DNA from: Eledone cirrhosa
Lineage: Eukaryota
Length of the DNA stretch: 64,000 nucleotides
NCBI GenBank assembly: GCA_964016885.1
Contig: OZ024740.1
Coordinates: 138,818,001-138,882,000, forward strand
Reading direction: 5' to 3'
A program made the position numbers and the translations under genes. Below, piece by piece: positions 42,761 to 57,717 of this stretch. How positions within the stretch are numbered: position 1 is the stretch's first letter; the number at the start of each line of letters is the position of its first letter. The notes below the pieces were generated by a model, which was not told where the DNA came from, made no database searches, and was given only the letters and a program-made list of their open reading frames with translations.

Positions 42761-43027
42761 GGGTGTGTATGATTGTGTATAGAAGATTATATTAATAAAA
42801 GGAATTCCAACTTTGTCTGATTTACTCGTTTTATTTACAATCCTTTAAAATTTATAATGGTATTAGAATGAATTAGTATGGTAGAATATTAAATGTTAAG
42901 TGTTCAATTAACACTTAACATTTAATATTCTACCATGCTATTTCATTCTAATACCATTATAAATTTTAAAGGATTGTAAATAAAACCAGTAAATAAAGAC
43001 AAAGTTGGAATTCCTTTTATTAATATA
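42757..43027 (-). mobile_element. fold-back element in (TA)n
   Basis: arms 42788-42904 / 42910-43027, short tail on the left. Confidence 0.8.
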
Positions 43028-43029
43028 TA

Positions 43030-43080
<51 letters not shown>

Positions 43081-43097
43081 TCATATATATATATATA

Positions 43098-43498
<401 letters not shown>

Positions 43499-43550
43499 CA
43501 TAATAACCGAGAAAATCGGGTAAAATACCCGATTTTCTCAGTTATTATTC

Positions 43551-43730
43551 ATAATTGTTTCTACTTTTGGCACAAGGCCAGCAATTTCCCAGTGTATTAC
43601 CGATACTTTATTTTATCGACCCCGTAAGGATGAAAGGCAAAGTTAATCTCGGCGGGATTTGAACTCAGAATGACAAGGGTTGTAACTCTTTGCTGCAAAG
43701 CATGGCGTCAGACCCTCTACCGATACTGCC
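43551..43730 (-). mobile_element. major SINE
   Basis: family consensus, reverse complement. Confidence 0.9.
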
Positions 43731-44039
43731 TTCCTTTCAATAGTACAGTTAACGGAGCGGCCTACTCGTTAAAGTAAGGTGAAAATGTCTGTGTATTGCA
43801 CAGTTACGTGCATCCTTAACACCATTCTTAGAGAGATTCAGCGTGACAGTGTGTAACAAGTCTGGCTTGTTGATGACAAATACAATCCATCTGCCGAGTT
43901 TCCAAACAGTTTCTCTCTACCCAGCTTCATTCACAATGGTTGGGTTGACCCAAGATTATGTTACAAGAAACTTACTTATTACCACGCAGTGAAAAGGAAG
44001 TCGGAATAACTACTCCATAAAAGTGACTTAAAATTAAAT

Positions 44040-44850
44040 ACATGAGACACACCCAAATTGAGAACCGACCCAAAACTGTTCACATATTCGTCAGTGCTAT
44101 CACAATGCATATGGGATTAGACAAACCTATTCTAAGAAGAAACAAATTAATTAAAAGCCAAGCAGAATTTAGATACTGAAATCAGAGAATTAGAAAAGAA
44201 CCACCTATACAAGTGGTTAGTGGTAGATAAATCTGATAGGATACAACTCACAAACATCAAGTGAAAAATACTCAAGAAAAATCAAATGTATATTGAAATA
44301 CGAACTCAATGCTAGACTAAAATTATATGTATAAATAACCCAACTATCCCAGCCATAGAGTAAAATAAGGAACGGAAGTTTTGATTTCAGTTGCATGAAA
44401 TCAATAACACAAATATCAATTGCGAACTAAAATATATAAAAAAAAAAGCACATTAAACATCAAATGTAGTCTATCTAACCAACTTAAAATCGACGACACA
44501 ATTTCCGGATGTCCACTCCTCGTTAATATAGAATACAGTCATAGATATAACCAGTTATGTAGCCATATCTTTTTGACAATATGTAGACGCTTCCACATTA
44601 AATGTTGTATAACCATACAGAAAATCCGCTATGTGGTAATGGCATGGCTACAGTACTATAGGGCATGTCTATCCAGACCAACAAGGAAATCAAAAACGAA
44701 CAATCCAAATATAAACTAAGATGGAACGGAAACACTATGCAATTAAGTAGACATCACGATCCCTTCCGACCAAAACATCGCTGGAAGGGAAGCTGAATAT
44801 TTATCAAATTACAGAGACCTCGAAATAGAAATAAACAATATATCACAGTA
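44040..44850 (+). mobile_element. decayed R4/Dong-like LINE (zinc knuckle and RLE remnants)
   Basis: KCSL...IDDTISGCPLLVNIEYSHRYNQ and VDITIPSDQNIAGREAEYLSNYRDLEIEI resemble the CCHC and PD..D-type endonuclease segments. Confidence 0.65.
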
Positions 44851-45549
44851 TCGGCTCTTTCAATAGCGCTGTACAGCGAAAATATTGTTCTTTGAATGTT
44901 TGGATGTTTCTATGTAATTCTGGCACATTGATTTCAAATATATTGTCTAAAATTGTCCATCCCGTCTAGATTTTGCATACCCCCCCCCCCCCCTCTGCAC
45001 TTCTGAGCATTTTAGAATAAGCTCCATATAAAATAAACCCAGCTACATTAAATATCAAAATAATTCAGTTATTAAAATTGCACCATATCATTTTTTCATT
45101 GTCATCTAAAGGTGTTCAATATTGGACAATAAACCATGACTACTACCTTAACGGTTGTAGGTTTTTATTGAATCAACCAAAATCAATCTTAAAGCTCTCT
45201 TACTTTCTTTCTGTTTATTGACCTCAGAACGCCGGTGGAAAGATATTTTGTCCTACATTCTATGCAAGATATTTTGTCCTACATTCTAACGACTCTGCCA
45301 ATTCGCTGTTATGTAATATGGCAACAAGAACAATGCCAACGAAGATCTTTCAATACTCGGTGTGAATGGGAAGTATCAGAACTTAATACTTCTTGGTCTA
45401 CAGCTAGCATATACAAAACATATGCTAGGGAAAAGAAGAGATGATAAGAATCTTTGTAAACTGTTCCTTTCTGTAGATAAAAACAAGTGTAGTTGGAAAA
45501 CATAAAATATGACATAAAACTCTAGTAGATCGCGGAAGAGTGTTTTCCT

Positions 45550-46340
45550 CCATTTCATATCATATTTAGACATGACAAAATATAAGTGAAAGTTATGGCT
45601 CATCATGGAAGTACTTTTCGACATCTGAAGACCAAATTCACCGATGTTTGACAGATGTCAAGACAGTGGTTGGAATTTACACTCGTTTTCATATCCCTAG
45701 TATCATCGACGTTTTGCCATTCTCACCGCGACTCAATATGAAATAAGCTTGCAGTTTAGACATCTTTTTGTATAAGTTAATAAAGTCGACCTCCGAAACC
45801 ACAATGCTCATGAGTGACCTCCTGAAGGTATATGAAAGAATGCGTGCAGAATGACTTCGAAATACTTTTTATATCACATCTTGACTACTTCACAGCGAAT
45901 TTTGATGCAGTAAATGACGAGTAAGGTGATCGTTTCTATCAAAAGATCGCTCAGATATGACAAGCAGATGCCAAAGTAGGTTCCACCCAAATATTATATG
46001 TGATTGATATTGGCTTATATTTTGAGACTGCTCTGAATACCATAGTCGAAATAGAGGTTTAACACGGTAGAGTTTTACTGCGTATTAAGTAATTATCCTA
46101 CAGCATTGAATTCCAGCAATAACTACATGTACAATGGGTGGATTCTTGGTTTCATTAGTGTAAATGCCACCCATAAATATTTACGGTGTGTCGTAAAGCC
46201 TGAGTAAAGGAGGAGTATCTTTTCTACATAATTTCTTTCACTATTTTTAACGAATCGGTAAACCTTATCCGATAACAAAACAATAAGTTGAAAATTTGTT
46301 GAATAATGTAAATTGGCGTAGTAGGTCTTATAAAAACAAA
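45550..46340 (-). mobile_element. possible highly decayed piggyBac-like transposase relic
   Basis: ILLLYSGFTTHRKYLW and a later RILSY segment loosely resemble PGBD motifs; many stops. Confidence 0.25.
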
Positions 46341-46699
46341 AAGAAAACCAAAACAACCAGCATGCCAGAACTCACAACTTTACGAACAATTTAATGTATA
46401 GCTCTATTAGGACAGAGCACACATTCTATGTAAAAATATTCTCAATTTCATAACACCACCCTCACACCACACATCTCATACATTACTCCTCATAGTGCAA
46501 CAACACAACTTACACAGCAAACAGTCATTCTCTCTACAACTATAAAAGCTTTCATCGCAAACAAGAACAGCACGAGACAAAAAACACACACACAAGGTAG
46601 CACAGAGCCTACCCAGCAAAACAGCAAATAAGATGTAACGCAAACTCTTTTCCACTGTACCAAAAGCAAACACACATACACGCACACATACATACACAG

Positions 46700-46763
<64 letters not shown>

Positions 46764-49406
46764 GCGCGCGCAGAAATAGCACATACGTGCACCTGATGGC
46801 GCAGAGAAAAAGTTTTCAGTCGAATAAGTCACCTTCAGAAGTTTAGGTTGAACATTAACCTTTTCCAATTGTTTTTATCCTAAAGTCAATAAGAACCTAA
46901 AAAGATTAGACATAATGCCTAAGCAATAAAACTAACTCTTTGACAGTTAAAGAGTTTCTATCCTATCACAATACAGGGTGATTGACTTTTCCATTTTCCA
47001 GTTTAACACCATTACCTGGTCCTTGGAGAGCCTCTAGTGAGGTCCGCTCTGTCGTAAGCATTCAGTAGTGACTCAATAGCAATTTCCTTTGTTCCTCCTA
47101 TCAATCCCGGAAGCCCTAAATAGTTGCTCATGGACACTGCCCTTCTCCCAATGACTAAACGGTAAAAAAGAGACGCATCGATTTATGGGGTCCTTATAAA
47201 CCCATTCAAGTCTGGTCGGAGGAATAGAGGAAGTTGTCTTCAGACAAGAGATCAGTCCTAAATGATTGCAACAGAATAAACTGCTTTAAAGGCACTCCGA
47301 TGAGGAGTGATATAGTGTTAAACGGAAGAATAGGAACTGTCCTTCTGGCAAACCTCCACACAGTTTCGATTTACCAAATTTTACTCTCAAATATTTGGTC
47401 AACACGAGGTTACAGCAGCAGTACAAGTTAGAGTTATCGATGTACATCAGTTTTATTGTTTGCACGGTTTAGACGAAGCCCAGAGCTTATCCGGTTTCAT
47501 GTTATTTATTTTCAGTTGAGGGAATTAGAGCAACGTGAAATAAAATGCCATACTCAAGGATACAACGTACCACTCGGTCTAGATATTAAACCAACTGAGC
47601 AAAGTGAGGTACAAAAAGGGCCACTTTAACCCGAAAATAAATAATATATGGTGTAAAATACATATACACAAAAAGCTGGCAAATAGCAGTGCAATTGTGT
47701 CTAGGATGCATAAATTACACATAGGCTTCACACACGCACGCCCTACACACACGCTTACCTACCATCACCCCCACTTTCACTGTCTTCTTCTCCACTACAA
47801 CAAATACCCCCATAACCATCACCACTACCATTGCTACCATTCACTATTACCAACTCCACTGCCACTACCACCACCAGCACCACCATTAACCTCAAGAAAT
47901 CTTAAGGTTAAGTTTGCTGTTTAACATGGACAGTTGCCAGACATGATGATGATGATGATGATGTAGTAATAGAAGTGGTAGCTGTGTTTGTAGTGGTGGT
48001 GATGATGAGGGTGGTGGTGGTTGTTATGGTCGTGGTATGAGGATGGGGAAGTCAATATTGAATGTGGTGATGTTAATGAGAATGGTTGCTGTTTAGCTGC
48101 AAGTTGACCTTGACCAAGAAAATTTATGATTTGAGACATACCAACCGTGATTATCCCGTCCTTTTTAGGTGTGTGTATGACTACGTTGTCGAAGGTCTCG
48201 TTACCTAACTTAAGATGGTTTGGGTGCGATGTAAGGAGGACTAGCTGCTATTTCTTGCACGACGATGGACCATATAGTGGTTCCCTCATTAGCACGGTAG
48301 GGTGCTTTATTGGTATCAGCAGAGACAGTGATATAGTTGAGCGCTAGTAATACTGGGTATAGTGGTGATAGTTATTGCTATGCTGGAGCTGCTGGTGGTG
48401 GTGTTGAGTATGGTGGTGGGAGTGGTGGTGATGGTGGTGGTGGAGGTTTTTGGTTGTTGTTTCAGATTGGTAATTGTTGTGGTGTGAGATTGTGATGCTG
48501 GTTGTGGTGATGTAGCAGTTGTTAGTGTTGGTCATGAAAGATAGGGTGAATATTTTATTGTTATTGTTTTTGTTGTTGTTTTTAGTGTTGTCGTTCAGAT
48601 TCAGTAGACATCTGGTGAAAAATGTTCAAACTGAGATTATTCTGCTTTTATTTATAAGCCATACCGTCTTTGGGTAAATATCCAATCTAGCCTTCTCTTT
48701 ATGATGGTCGGGTGTAATTTGCGGGTAATAAGGCTTTTATTTCTTGTATTTGCTACAACTATATATAAACCCATAATGCTGTTAGTGTGTATGCCGTGTT
48801 TGATGTTTCGGTTTAGGTATATTCGTTGTTTTATTCGTTTTATCGTAGTTCCATGTGTTGCAAGTTCCTTGTTAGAGAGAGCTGGGCATTTTGATAGAAA
48901 AATAATGGTGATACTTCCGATTCTCAGTAATTCGATGAGTGATGCAGCGAGTTTTTGATTGATTTCTGCCATCTTTCTATTTCCCAGATTTTTGCTGTAG
49001 TATTTCTACTTTGTATGGATTTTTCTTTCTCTTTTGTGCACAATCGCCGCCTTCTAATTATGTCCAAGCTAAGTACTGATCTGGGTCAACATCGTATTGC
49101 TCAATTGGCGTTCCAACTGCCTTTACGTGATATAATGCAATGATGCTGAACGGGGAGCACATGATCCACCTAAGGGCAATTTCAATAAATTAGGCGAGGG
49201 GAAAGCTTTCTAAATTTTATACTTTATTGTTTTAATACCAAACATGTTTTTATATTTTGGAGAGCATTAAATATTTTGAGTTCAGCGTCAACAGTTTTCC
49301 AAGAGATGGCAACATGGACCTGTTATTTTTATCTAAAAGATGTTTTTCCGTTTCCGCCCTGTCCATCTCTTCAATCTTTCTATTTCTTCTTTAATTTCTC
49401 ATTCTA

Positions 49407-49442
49407 TTTTCTGATGAAGGACCAGTTTGGGAAACGTCAAGA
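49407..49442 (+). ncRNA. minimal hammerhead candidate
   Basis: uuuu-CUGAUGA-agga-cca(guu)ugg-GAAA-CG-UC-aaga, ~105 bp before (TA)n; degenerate relative at 34801-34870. Confidence 0.6.
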
Positions 49443-49789
49443 CTCTTTTCCTACAATATCAAGCGTAAACTAATATATGTCTTCATTGTATTGTGTCGTT
49501 TGCTTCGTTATTTCTGTTTGCCTTTTGCATATAAATACATAATAGTAATATATATATATATATATATATATATTTTTTTCTTTTATAAAAACTTAGACCA
49601 CTGAGCGTGTGCGCATAAACGCACCTGCACCATGTCGTATTTATGACAGTATGAATAACAACCCCACTATGCACTCTCTCAATACTGCCCATTTCAGATC
49701 TTCCTCTTGTTGCCCTCTATTGTATTTCTAATGTTCATGTGACGAAGCTCGGAAGAGCCTATACTCAGCATTGTAATTTTATTTTTAAA

Positions 49790-49834
49790 GCTCTGATGAT
49801 TCCTGCCCAATGGTATGGATGAAACATTGTTAGC
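49790..49834 (+). ncRNA. minimal hammerhead
   Basis: gcu-CUGAUGA-uucc-ugcc(caau)ggua-u-ggau-GAAA-cauug-UU-agc then AAUAAA; element 49573-49880 lies between (TA)n tracts. Confidence 0.7.
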
Positions 49835-50378
49835 AAATAAAAATTGTATGAGTATGTAGGCGTTCTTTGATTTCTTTTACATATATATATATATATGCAC
49901 ACATGTTCCTGTGTGTATCTGTGTGCCTGTGCGTGCATGCGTATGTATTTTGTCCCTTTATATTATATATGCAAAGCATAATTTCTGGACACGGTTTTGT
50001 AAGAAAATACCATAATAATAATAGTAATAACAATATCGTTATTATTACTGATGTTGTCATTATTATTAAGTAGATAAATATAAACGCACGAATACATTCA
50101 AGCATTTAAAAGAGAAATCCGTTAAAATGTGTATTCGACCATATACTCACATATTTGAGAACACTAGGAAATCAAATATACCAACAAAAAATAACCCACA
50201 ACAAAAAACACACACATATACACGCACATTAATACACAACGAAATCAATAGAGACAGACATACAAATATGTGCAAATATCTATACATTAACTCACATACA
50301 AACACACACAAGAGCAAGCAGATACCTGTATACATAAGCATTTATAAATATATAATAGAATATTTGCATCACATACAA

Positions 50379-50436
<58 letters not shown>

Positions 50437-50534
50437 TATATATATATGTATATATATATATATGTATATATATATATGTATATATATATGTATATATATA
50501 TATATGTATATATATATATGTGTATATATATATT

Positions 50535-50624
<90 letters not shown>

Positions 50625-50689
50625 TTCGACATGACATATGTTGAAGTTATTTTTCATTAAATTTGTATTAAATCTCCATTGTATCTCCC

Positions 50690-51015
50690 CCATGTACATA
50701 CACCATACAGGCGCTCGTATACACCACCCTAAAAAATATGGATGACCATGGGATTTACACCAAGAAAATCCCGCCCCGCTCCCCACTCGAGGCACAAGCC
50801 TCTCCACGCCACCGATGTTGTCGAAGGGAAAGACAAAGGCCGATACAGCTTGCCGGTGGCACCAAAGGCGTCGTAACTCATTTCTACAGCTGAGTGAACT
50901 GGAGCAACCTGAAACAAAGTGTCTTGCTCAATTTCACAACACTTCGTCCCATCCGGGAACCGAACTCCCAGCTTCACGATTGTGAATCCAACTCTCTAAC
51001 CACTAAGTCTTTAGG
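50690..51015 (-). mobile_element. CORE-like tRNA SINE
   Basis: homologous to 13510-13790 (tttctacagctgagtgaactgga...gtgtcttgctcaa...ctctaaccactaag). Confidence 0.75.
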
Positions 51016-51081
51016 TACATACATACATACATACATACATACATACATACATACATACATACATACATACATACATACATA

Positions 51082-51380
51082 CATGGTGGCTTCCAACTCG
51101 TTTTCGTGTACGGCCACTACTTTATATCCATGTAGGAGAACCCCTACCGATGCTCTGAACGAGTGTGACATTTTAGTCCAGCCAGCCACTTGAACACTCT
51201 GGTACAAACACTACACTTGTGACAATTACTGACACATAGTGCTGGGCCCATGGTACCATGTGACGACAAGTGCAGAGAGATCTCCAGATATAAAGCAATG
51301 CCTGTGCCGTGAAGCCAGTCCCACTCTCTTAACCAAGATGATATTTACCAAAAAGAAGAACAAGTCAACATCATTGGATA
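51082..51380 (-). mobile_element. (TACA)n-embedded element, copy of 18997-19327
   Basis: high identity by eye; both copies start atggtggct after (TACA)n. Confidence 0.75.
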
Positions 51381-51618
51381 CATACATACATACATACATA
51401 AATTTGTGAATTTTAAGATTATATTTTTTAGATAATCAATAAGCATTATACAATTTAAGTAATGGAGTTGGATACCACTTTGAAATATATAGTTAAACAC
51501 ATTACCATCGGTTTGACTAAATAAATAACACCACATGCTTCCAAAACTTGCCTCTTTTAGAGAAACGTCGTACATTTCTAATGTTACTAATAACGAATTG
51601 CATTATTTCAAAGATATT

Positions 51619-51831
51619 GGACAGTGGATTGGCAGTATCGGTAGAGCGCCGGACACTCTGCTTTGCAGCATAGAGTTACGGCTGTTTACGTACTGAGTTC
51701 AAATCCCGTCGAGGTTAGCTTTGCCTTTCATCCTTACGTGATCGATAAAATAACGCACCAGTAATGCACTGGAGTCAATTCAATTGACTATCCTCTCCCC
51801 AAATTGCTGGCCTTGTGCCTATAGTAGAAAT
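51619..51831 (+). mobile_element. full-length major tRNA-derived SINE with 18-bp TSD
   Basis: A-box TGGCAGTATCGG, B-box GAGTTCAAATCC; cattatttcaaagatatt at 51601-51618 and 51832-51849. Confidence 0.9.
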
Positions 51832-51881
51832 CATTATTTCAAAGATATTCATCTTTATAAGTATATATGTTTGTATTAAAA

Positions 51882-52065
51882 TAATTGTTTCTACTTTTGG
51901 CACAAGGCCAGCAATTAACCAGTGCATTACTGGTACTTTATTTTATCAACCTCGTAAGGATGAAAGGCAAAGTTAACATCGGCGGGATTTGAACTCAGAT
52001 CATAAAGGGAGGTAACTCTATGCTTCAAAGCATGGCATCCGACCCTCTACCGATACTGCGAATTC
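51882..52065 (-). mobile_element. major SINE, tail-to-tail with previous copy
   Basis: family consensus, reverse complement. Confidence 0.9.
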
Positions 52066-52467
52066 ACCAAAATAATGAAAGTATTTAATAATGAAATAAT
52101 TAAAGAATAGTGGCTTTCGGTAAAATAATTATTTATAACCTTGATTATCTCTTCGGTATCCATCATTAGTTAAGTGTCATCGTAGTAAATGCTAGGCAGT
52201 TGTGTTCATTAGTAGTGCCAAGTGATCAGTAGAGCAGTAAAATCTGTTTTATACGGTTGTGATCCAACATTTTAGGCAGACAGACTGCACTGTTATTTTT
52301 ACGAATTTTTGGATAATATCAAAGAGTAATACTATTGACTACAAAGTATGAAGTCGTTAGTTTAAAATTATTCATCAAATGTCCCATCTATCGTTTATAT
52401 AATACAAATCAGCACAATAAAGAAATAAAGACTGCCACCATTCATATATAAATATACATATACATAT

Positions 52468-53111
<644 letters not shown>

Positions 53112-53616
53112 ATATATATATATATATATATACGTTGATATAAATCCTTAGCTGAAAGATCAAGGAAAACAGTGCTCGATCTGTTGGAAGAGAGCTTATT
53201 TAGTGTAAACAAAACAAAGTTTCATACCTTTAAGATGTGTGCTACATTATACAGTGGTGGCCATAACTGGACCCCGAAACCAATGGTTGCACATACATGT
53301 TAAGTGTATAAAACTTCGTTTACACTATATATATATATATAGATAGATATGTTCTTTTATTAGCCATAGGGGTAGATAGATAGATATATATCCAATACAT
53401 ACATACACACAACGCGCGCGCACACATACCCCCCACCCCACACACACATAGCATTCTTCTTGTTCGCCCACTAATCTGTTTATCCACTATGTAACATATT
53501 ATGTCCCCTCTGATTTGCAGAATCGTATTTACAGCATACCGTTTTTTGTAAACTCATTGAGTGATCAGATTGCGGCGAAACCAGACGAAATCTAATTGTC
53601 TGACTCTTTATAACTA

Positions 53617-53667
<51 letters not shown>

Positions 53668-53692
53668 ATAAAGCATATATATATAAAGTATA

Positions 53693-54468
53693 AAGCATTT
53701 CTTCTAACTTTAATTTTATACCTAATTGTGTATGGTTGACGGTATATTTAATCGATTTCCACGTGCTGTTGAAATGTTGGGTAAATATTCTATGGCGGTT
53801 GGCCGCGAAGAGATTGCTGTCGTTTATTTCTCTACTATTTCTTCATAAGTGCCTTTTAATCTTATAGCCTGGTCTAATTGATTTTTTGCGTGGTTAATTA
53901 TGCTAATTGGGAGAGGAAATGGTGTATATATATATTATCAAATGATTCTATGGACATACTTTATAGTATCTGATTATTTAATTTATTAATTCTTCATTGA
54001 GCCACATCGTGAATGGTTGCCAAAACACATATATATCTGTGACTTTCTCTAGTTTGTGTATATGTAAATCTTTATATTTAATAATCTCCCATAAGGTTGA
54101 GATGCAATTTGGGCAATATTGGGCTGCGCTTTCTAGCAACCAACCCACTGGCCGTAAGCAACCAATCACATTCTTTCTGACTTGACCACTGCCACGTCAC
54201 AATTCTTAGCCATTTTGAATTCGTGTCTGGCGGGGACCACTTTAGAAAATAATCTGTCCTAACGAGTTTGTCTCCTTATGAGTTCGAAGCTCGAGATTTT
54301 ATCCTTAATAGGATATATCAAAATGCGACGAAATCCGAGGGTAGGGATATAATCCAGGTATGTGTATAAGCATTTCTTCTAACTTTAATTTTATACCTAA
54401 TTGTGTATGGTTGACGGTATATTTAATCGATTTCCACGTGCTGTTGAAATGTTGGGTAAATATTCTAT
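53693..54468. mobile_element. 675-bp unit with 101-bp terminal direct repeat inside (TA)n
   Basis: 53693-53793 repeated at 54368-54468. Confidence 0.8.
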
Positions 54469-54495
54469 AGTATATATATATATAAATATTCTAAG

Positions 54496-54571
<76 letters not shown>

Positions 54572-54614
54572 AAATGTATATATATAGAGAGAGAATTATA
54601 TAAACATACTATAT

Positions 54615-54972
54615 TTCTTTAGAAATATGAAATTCCAATACATATCTGTATACAGCTATGCATGAAGCTAAATCCTAATTTTATCCTATTATAAGTTGAG
54701 CCAACTTATGCGGCTTCATATGCAAATGAGATTAATCACCTCATTTACACAAACGAGTAAACCATATATTCTCGCCTGTTTTCAAGTTCAGCAGTCGCAA
54801 GAGTGGAAGGGATCGTCCTGATGAGGACAGTTAAGTTCGAAATGCATCGACGATTGTCCCCCTTGTTTTTGCTGGACACCACCAGATGGCGATAGCCTCG
54901 GTGTTTTGCTTTTTAAATGTTTACCAATATACATAGCGTAGTTCTTTAGAAATACGAAATTCCAATACATAC
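54615..54972 (+). mobile_element. retrozyme-like 327-nt monomer with ~30-bp terminal redundancy
   Basis: ttctttagaaata(t/c)gaaattccaatacata at 54615 and 54942; central HHR. Confidence 0.75.
54812..54854 (+). ncRNA. canonical-core minimal type-I hammerhead
   Basis: aucguc-CUGAUGA-ggac(aguuaa)guuc-GAAA-UGCA-UC-gacgau. Confidence 0.9.
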
Positions 54973-54989
54973 ATACATACATATATGAT

Positions 54990-55740
54990 ATTCTATTCTA
55001 GGGCGGGTAAAATTCCCGAGATCCATGGACGAGTTCTCTCCAGCGGTCACTATCCCTCATTATCGCTGCCATGTCCTGCGTCTCCAACAGACCAGTGTCT
55101 GTCCTTAGGGCATCAACATACGTTAACCTTGGTCTTCCTCTTCCAGTGTGTCCATGTAGGGGCTCCCACAGGAGCACTGAGTGCAATGTCAACTCTGGAT
55201 GTCGGTGAGCATGTCCAGCTAACATCAGTCTCCTCTGTGTCACTTTTGAGCTGACATTTGGGATGCTCCCATACAGCTCTGAGTTTTTCATCCTTAGTGT
55301 ATACTGATTAATGTTCAGAACCATCCTCAGCATTCTCGTGTAGAAACCCATCCACCATCTGAGTGAGTTTCTTGGTCAGTGTCCAAGTCTCAGACCCGTA
55401 CAGCAGCACAGACTCCACTACAGCAATGAAGAGGCGAATTTTCAGGTCTTTACGAATGTCCGACTTCCACACCGATCTCAAGCTGTGGCACGCCGCTTCC
55501 TCTCAACCACATCATCTTCCGTATTCCCAATCTTTGCTCCCAAATACAGGAAGTCCTCAAACAATTCTAGCGGCTTCCCGCCTATTAGTGATCCCCTCTG
55601 GCTTCTCAACATTCTCTACCAGATATTTTGTTTTAGTCTCATTCATTCTCAGCCCCACACTCATCGACACAGTCTCAACCTCCTGCATCAAATCCTCTGC
55701 CTTCTTCACTGTATTTGTCACTAAAACTATGTCGTGCGCA
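54990..55740 (-). mobile_element. RTE/RTE-X-like LINE 3' fragment
   Basis: RRLMLAGHAHRH...LLWEP...GRGRPRLTYVD; upstream DFLYLG and IRLFIAVVESVLLYGSETW remnants with frameshifts. Confidence 0.85.
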
Positions 55741-55831
55741 AATTCAGCATTCGATATCTTTTTCGCCTTAACTCTATATTTTTATATATAAATATATATA
55801 TATATACATATATATATATAGACACATACAA

Positions 55832-55986
<155 letters not shown>

Positions 55987-56396
55987 TCGTACACGTTAAT
56001 TTAGGGAATTCAGTATAAGCGTAAAATCTCCGATAATGGAATTCGCCTTCTGAACGATAAAACCTTATGTAACATTATTTGAAGGTCTGTACCTCATCAC
56101 TATGTATTAAAGTATATATTACCCCAGTGTTTACATATCGGGGGTTCATTCTTTCGTAATACGAAATTAGATTCAGGTAAAGGTTTATAGACATGCTGTA
56201 TATGTGTGTGCTTTTGAAATAGATACAAATAACACGAGTTTTCTCCAAATAGATATGCACACACATATATATGTGTGTATATGTGAGTATGTGTGTTTAT
56301 TTATATATTAGCTGTGCTTTGAGGCACAAATAGCATGCCTTTTCTTTTACTCACCCTCTCTCCTCTCTGTCTCCCTCCCTCCCCCCTCTCTCTTTC

Positions 56397-56429
<33 letters not shown>

Positions 56430-56801
56430 GCAGAGGTTATATTTAATTTGTTGGGATGGATTCAACAAACTTAAAATTTATATATATATATATATATATA
56501 CGTCTTTCCCTCCTCTCTCCCTTCTCTCTCTTACTCATTCACCCTCTTTCTCATATCAACTAATCTCTCATATGCATAACACAAATACTACACAAATGCT
56601 TATAAGTGCACAAGAATGCAGACGCATACATACTTCATGCATCCAACGCTAGCTAGCGTCAAAAATAATAGAAAATACCACAACTACTACTACCACCAAC
56701 CGCCACCACCACCACCACCACTACTACTACTACTAAATGTATTTTTGTAAACATATATTGTATTACATGCCGTTGCAATTTTTCTGCACTCAACCAGCCA
56801 G

Positions 56802-56960
56802 TCAAACAGCAACATAGCTACCCAGGCAGCCAAACAGAAAGCTAGACAACCAGACAGTCCAATACCTAGCTAACCCTTCAAACAGCAACATAGCTACCCA
56901 GGCAGCCAAACAGAAAGCTAGACAACCAGACAGTCCAATACCTAGCTAACCCTTCAAACA
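56802..56960. repeat. ~76-bp tandem duplication
   Basis: tcaaacagcaacatagctaccc...cctagctaaccct twice. Confidence 0.9.
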
Positions 56961-57139
56961 ATCAGTCAGACGAACAGACAAAGACTATAGACAGACACAG
57001 ACATATGCAGTCTGTCTATGGTTTTAGTTTGACATTTCGTGTCACATGGAACATCTGAGGCAAATCAATAAATCTCCGTAACACCTTTTAAAAAATAGTT
57101 AACAATTGTTTTTGCATACAACAAATGTTGTGCTGTGGT

Positions 57140-57670
57140 CTTTAACCACACTGTATAACATGTATTTAACCATATCTTTAACTACACTGTATAACATGTA
57201 TTTAACCATATCCTTAACCATACTGTATAACATGTATTTAACCATATCTTTAACCTCACTGTATAACATGTATTTAACCATATCCTTAACCATACTGTAT
57301 AACATGTATTTAACCATATCCTTAACCATACTGTATAACATGTATTTAACCATATCCTTAACCATACTGTATAACATGTATTTAACCATATCTTTAACTA
57401 CACTGTATAACATGTATTTAACCATATCTTTAACCATACTGTATAACATGTATTTAACCATATCTTTAACCACACTGTATAACATGTATTTAACCATATC
57501 TTTAACCACACTGTATAACATGTATTTAACCATACTGTATAACATGTATTTAACCATATCTTTAACCACACTGTATAACATGTATTTAACCACACTGTAT
57601 AACATGTATTTAACCATATCTTTAACCACACTGTATAACATGTATTTAACCATACTGTATAACATGTATT
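57140..57670. repeat. 36-bp minisatellite with 24-bp deletion variants
   Basis: taacca(c/t)actgtataacatgtatt + taaccatatc(t/c)t units. Confidence 0.95.
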
Positions 57671-57717
57671 CATGACAATTTTATATTTTAATTTCAACAT
57701 TTTCAAAAGTAAAACTG

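Noticed and set aside
48652-49143. 106-aa and overlapping ORFs as an exon or endonuclease remnant
   Set aside because: No recognisable motif or splice context.
57140-57670. 36-bp repeats as a CRISPR array
   Set aside because: No unique spacers, eukaryotic context, no cas genes.
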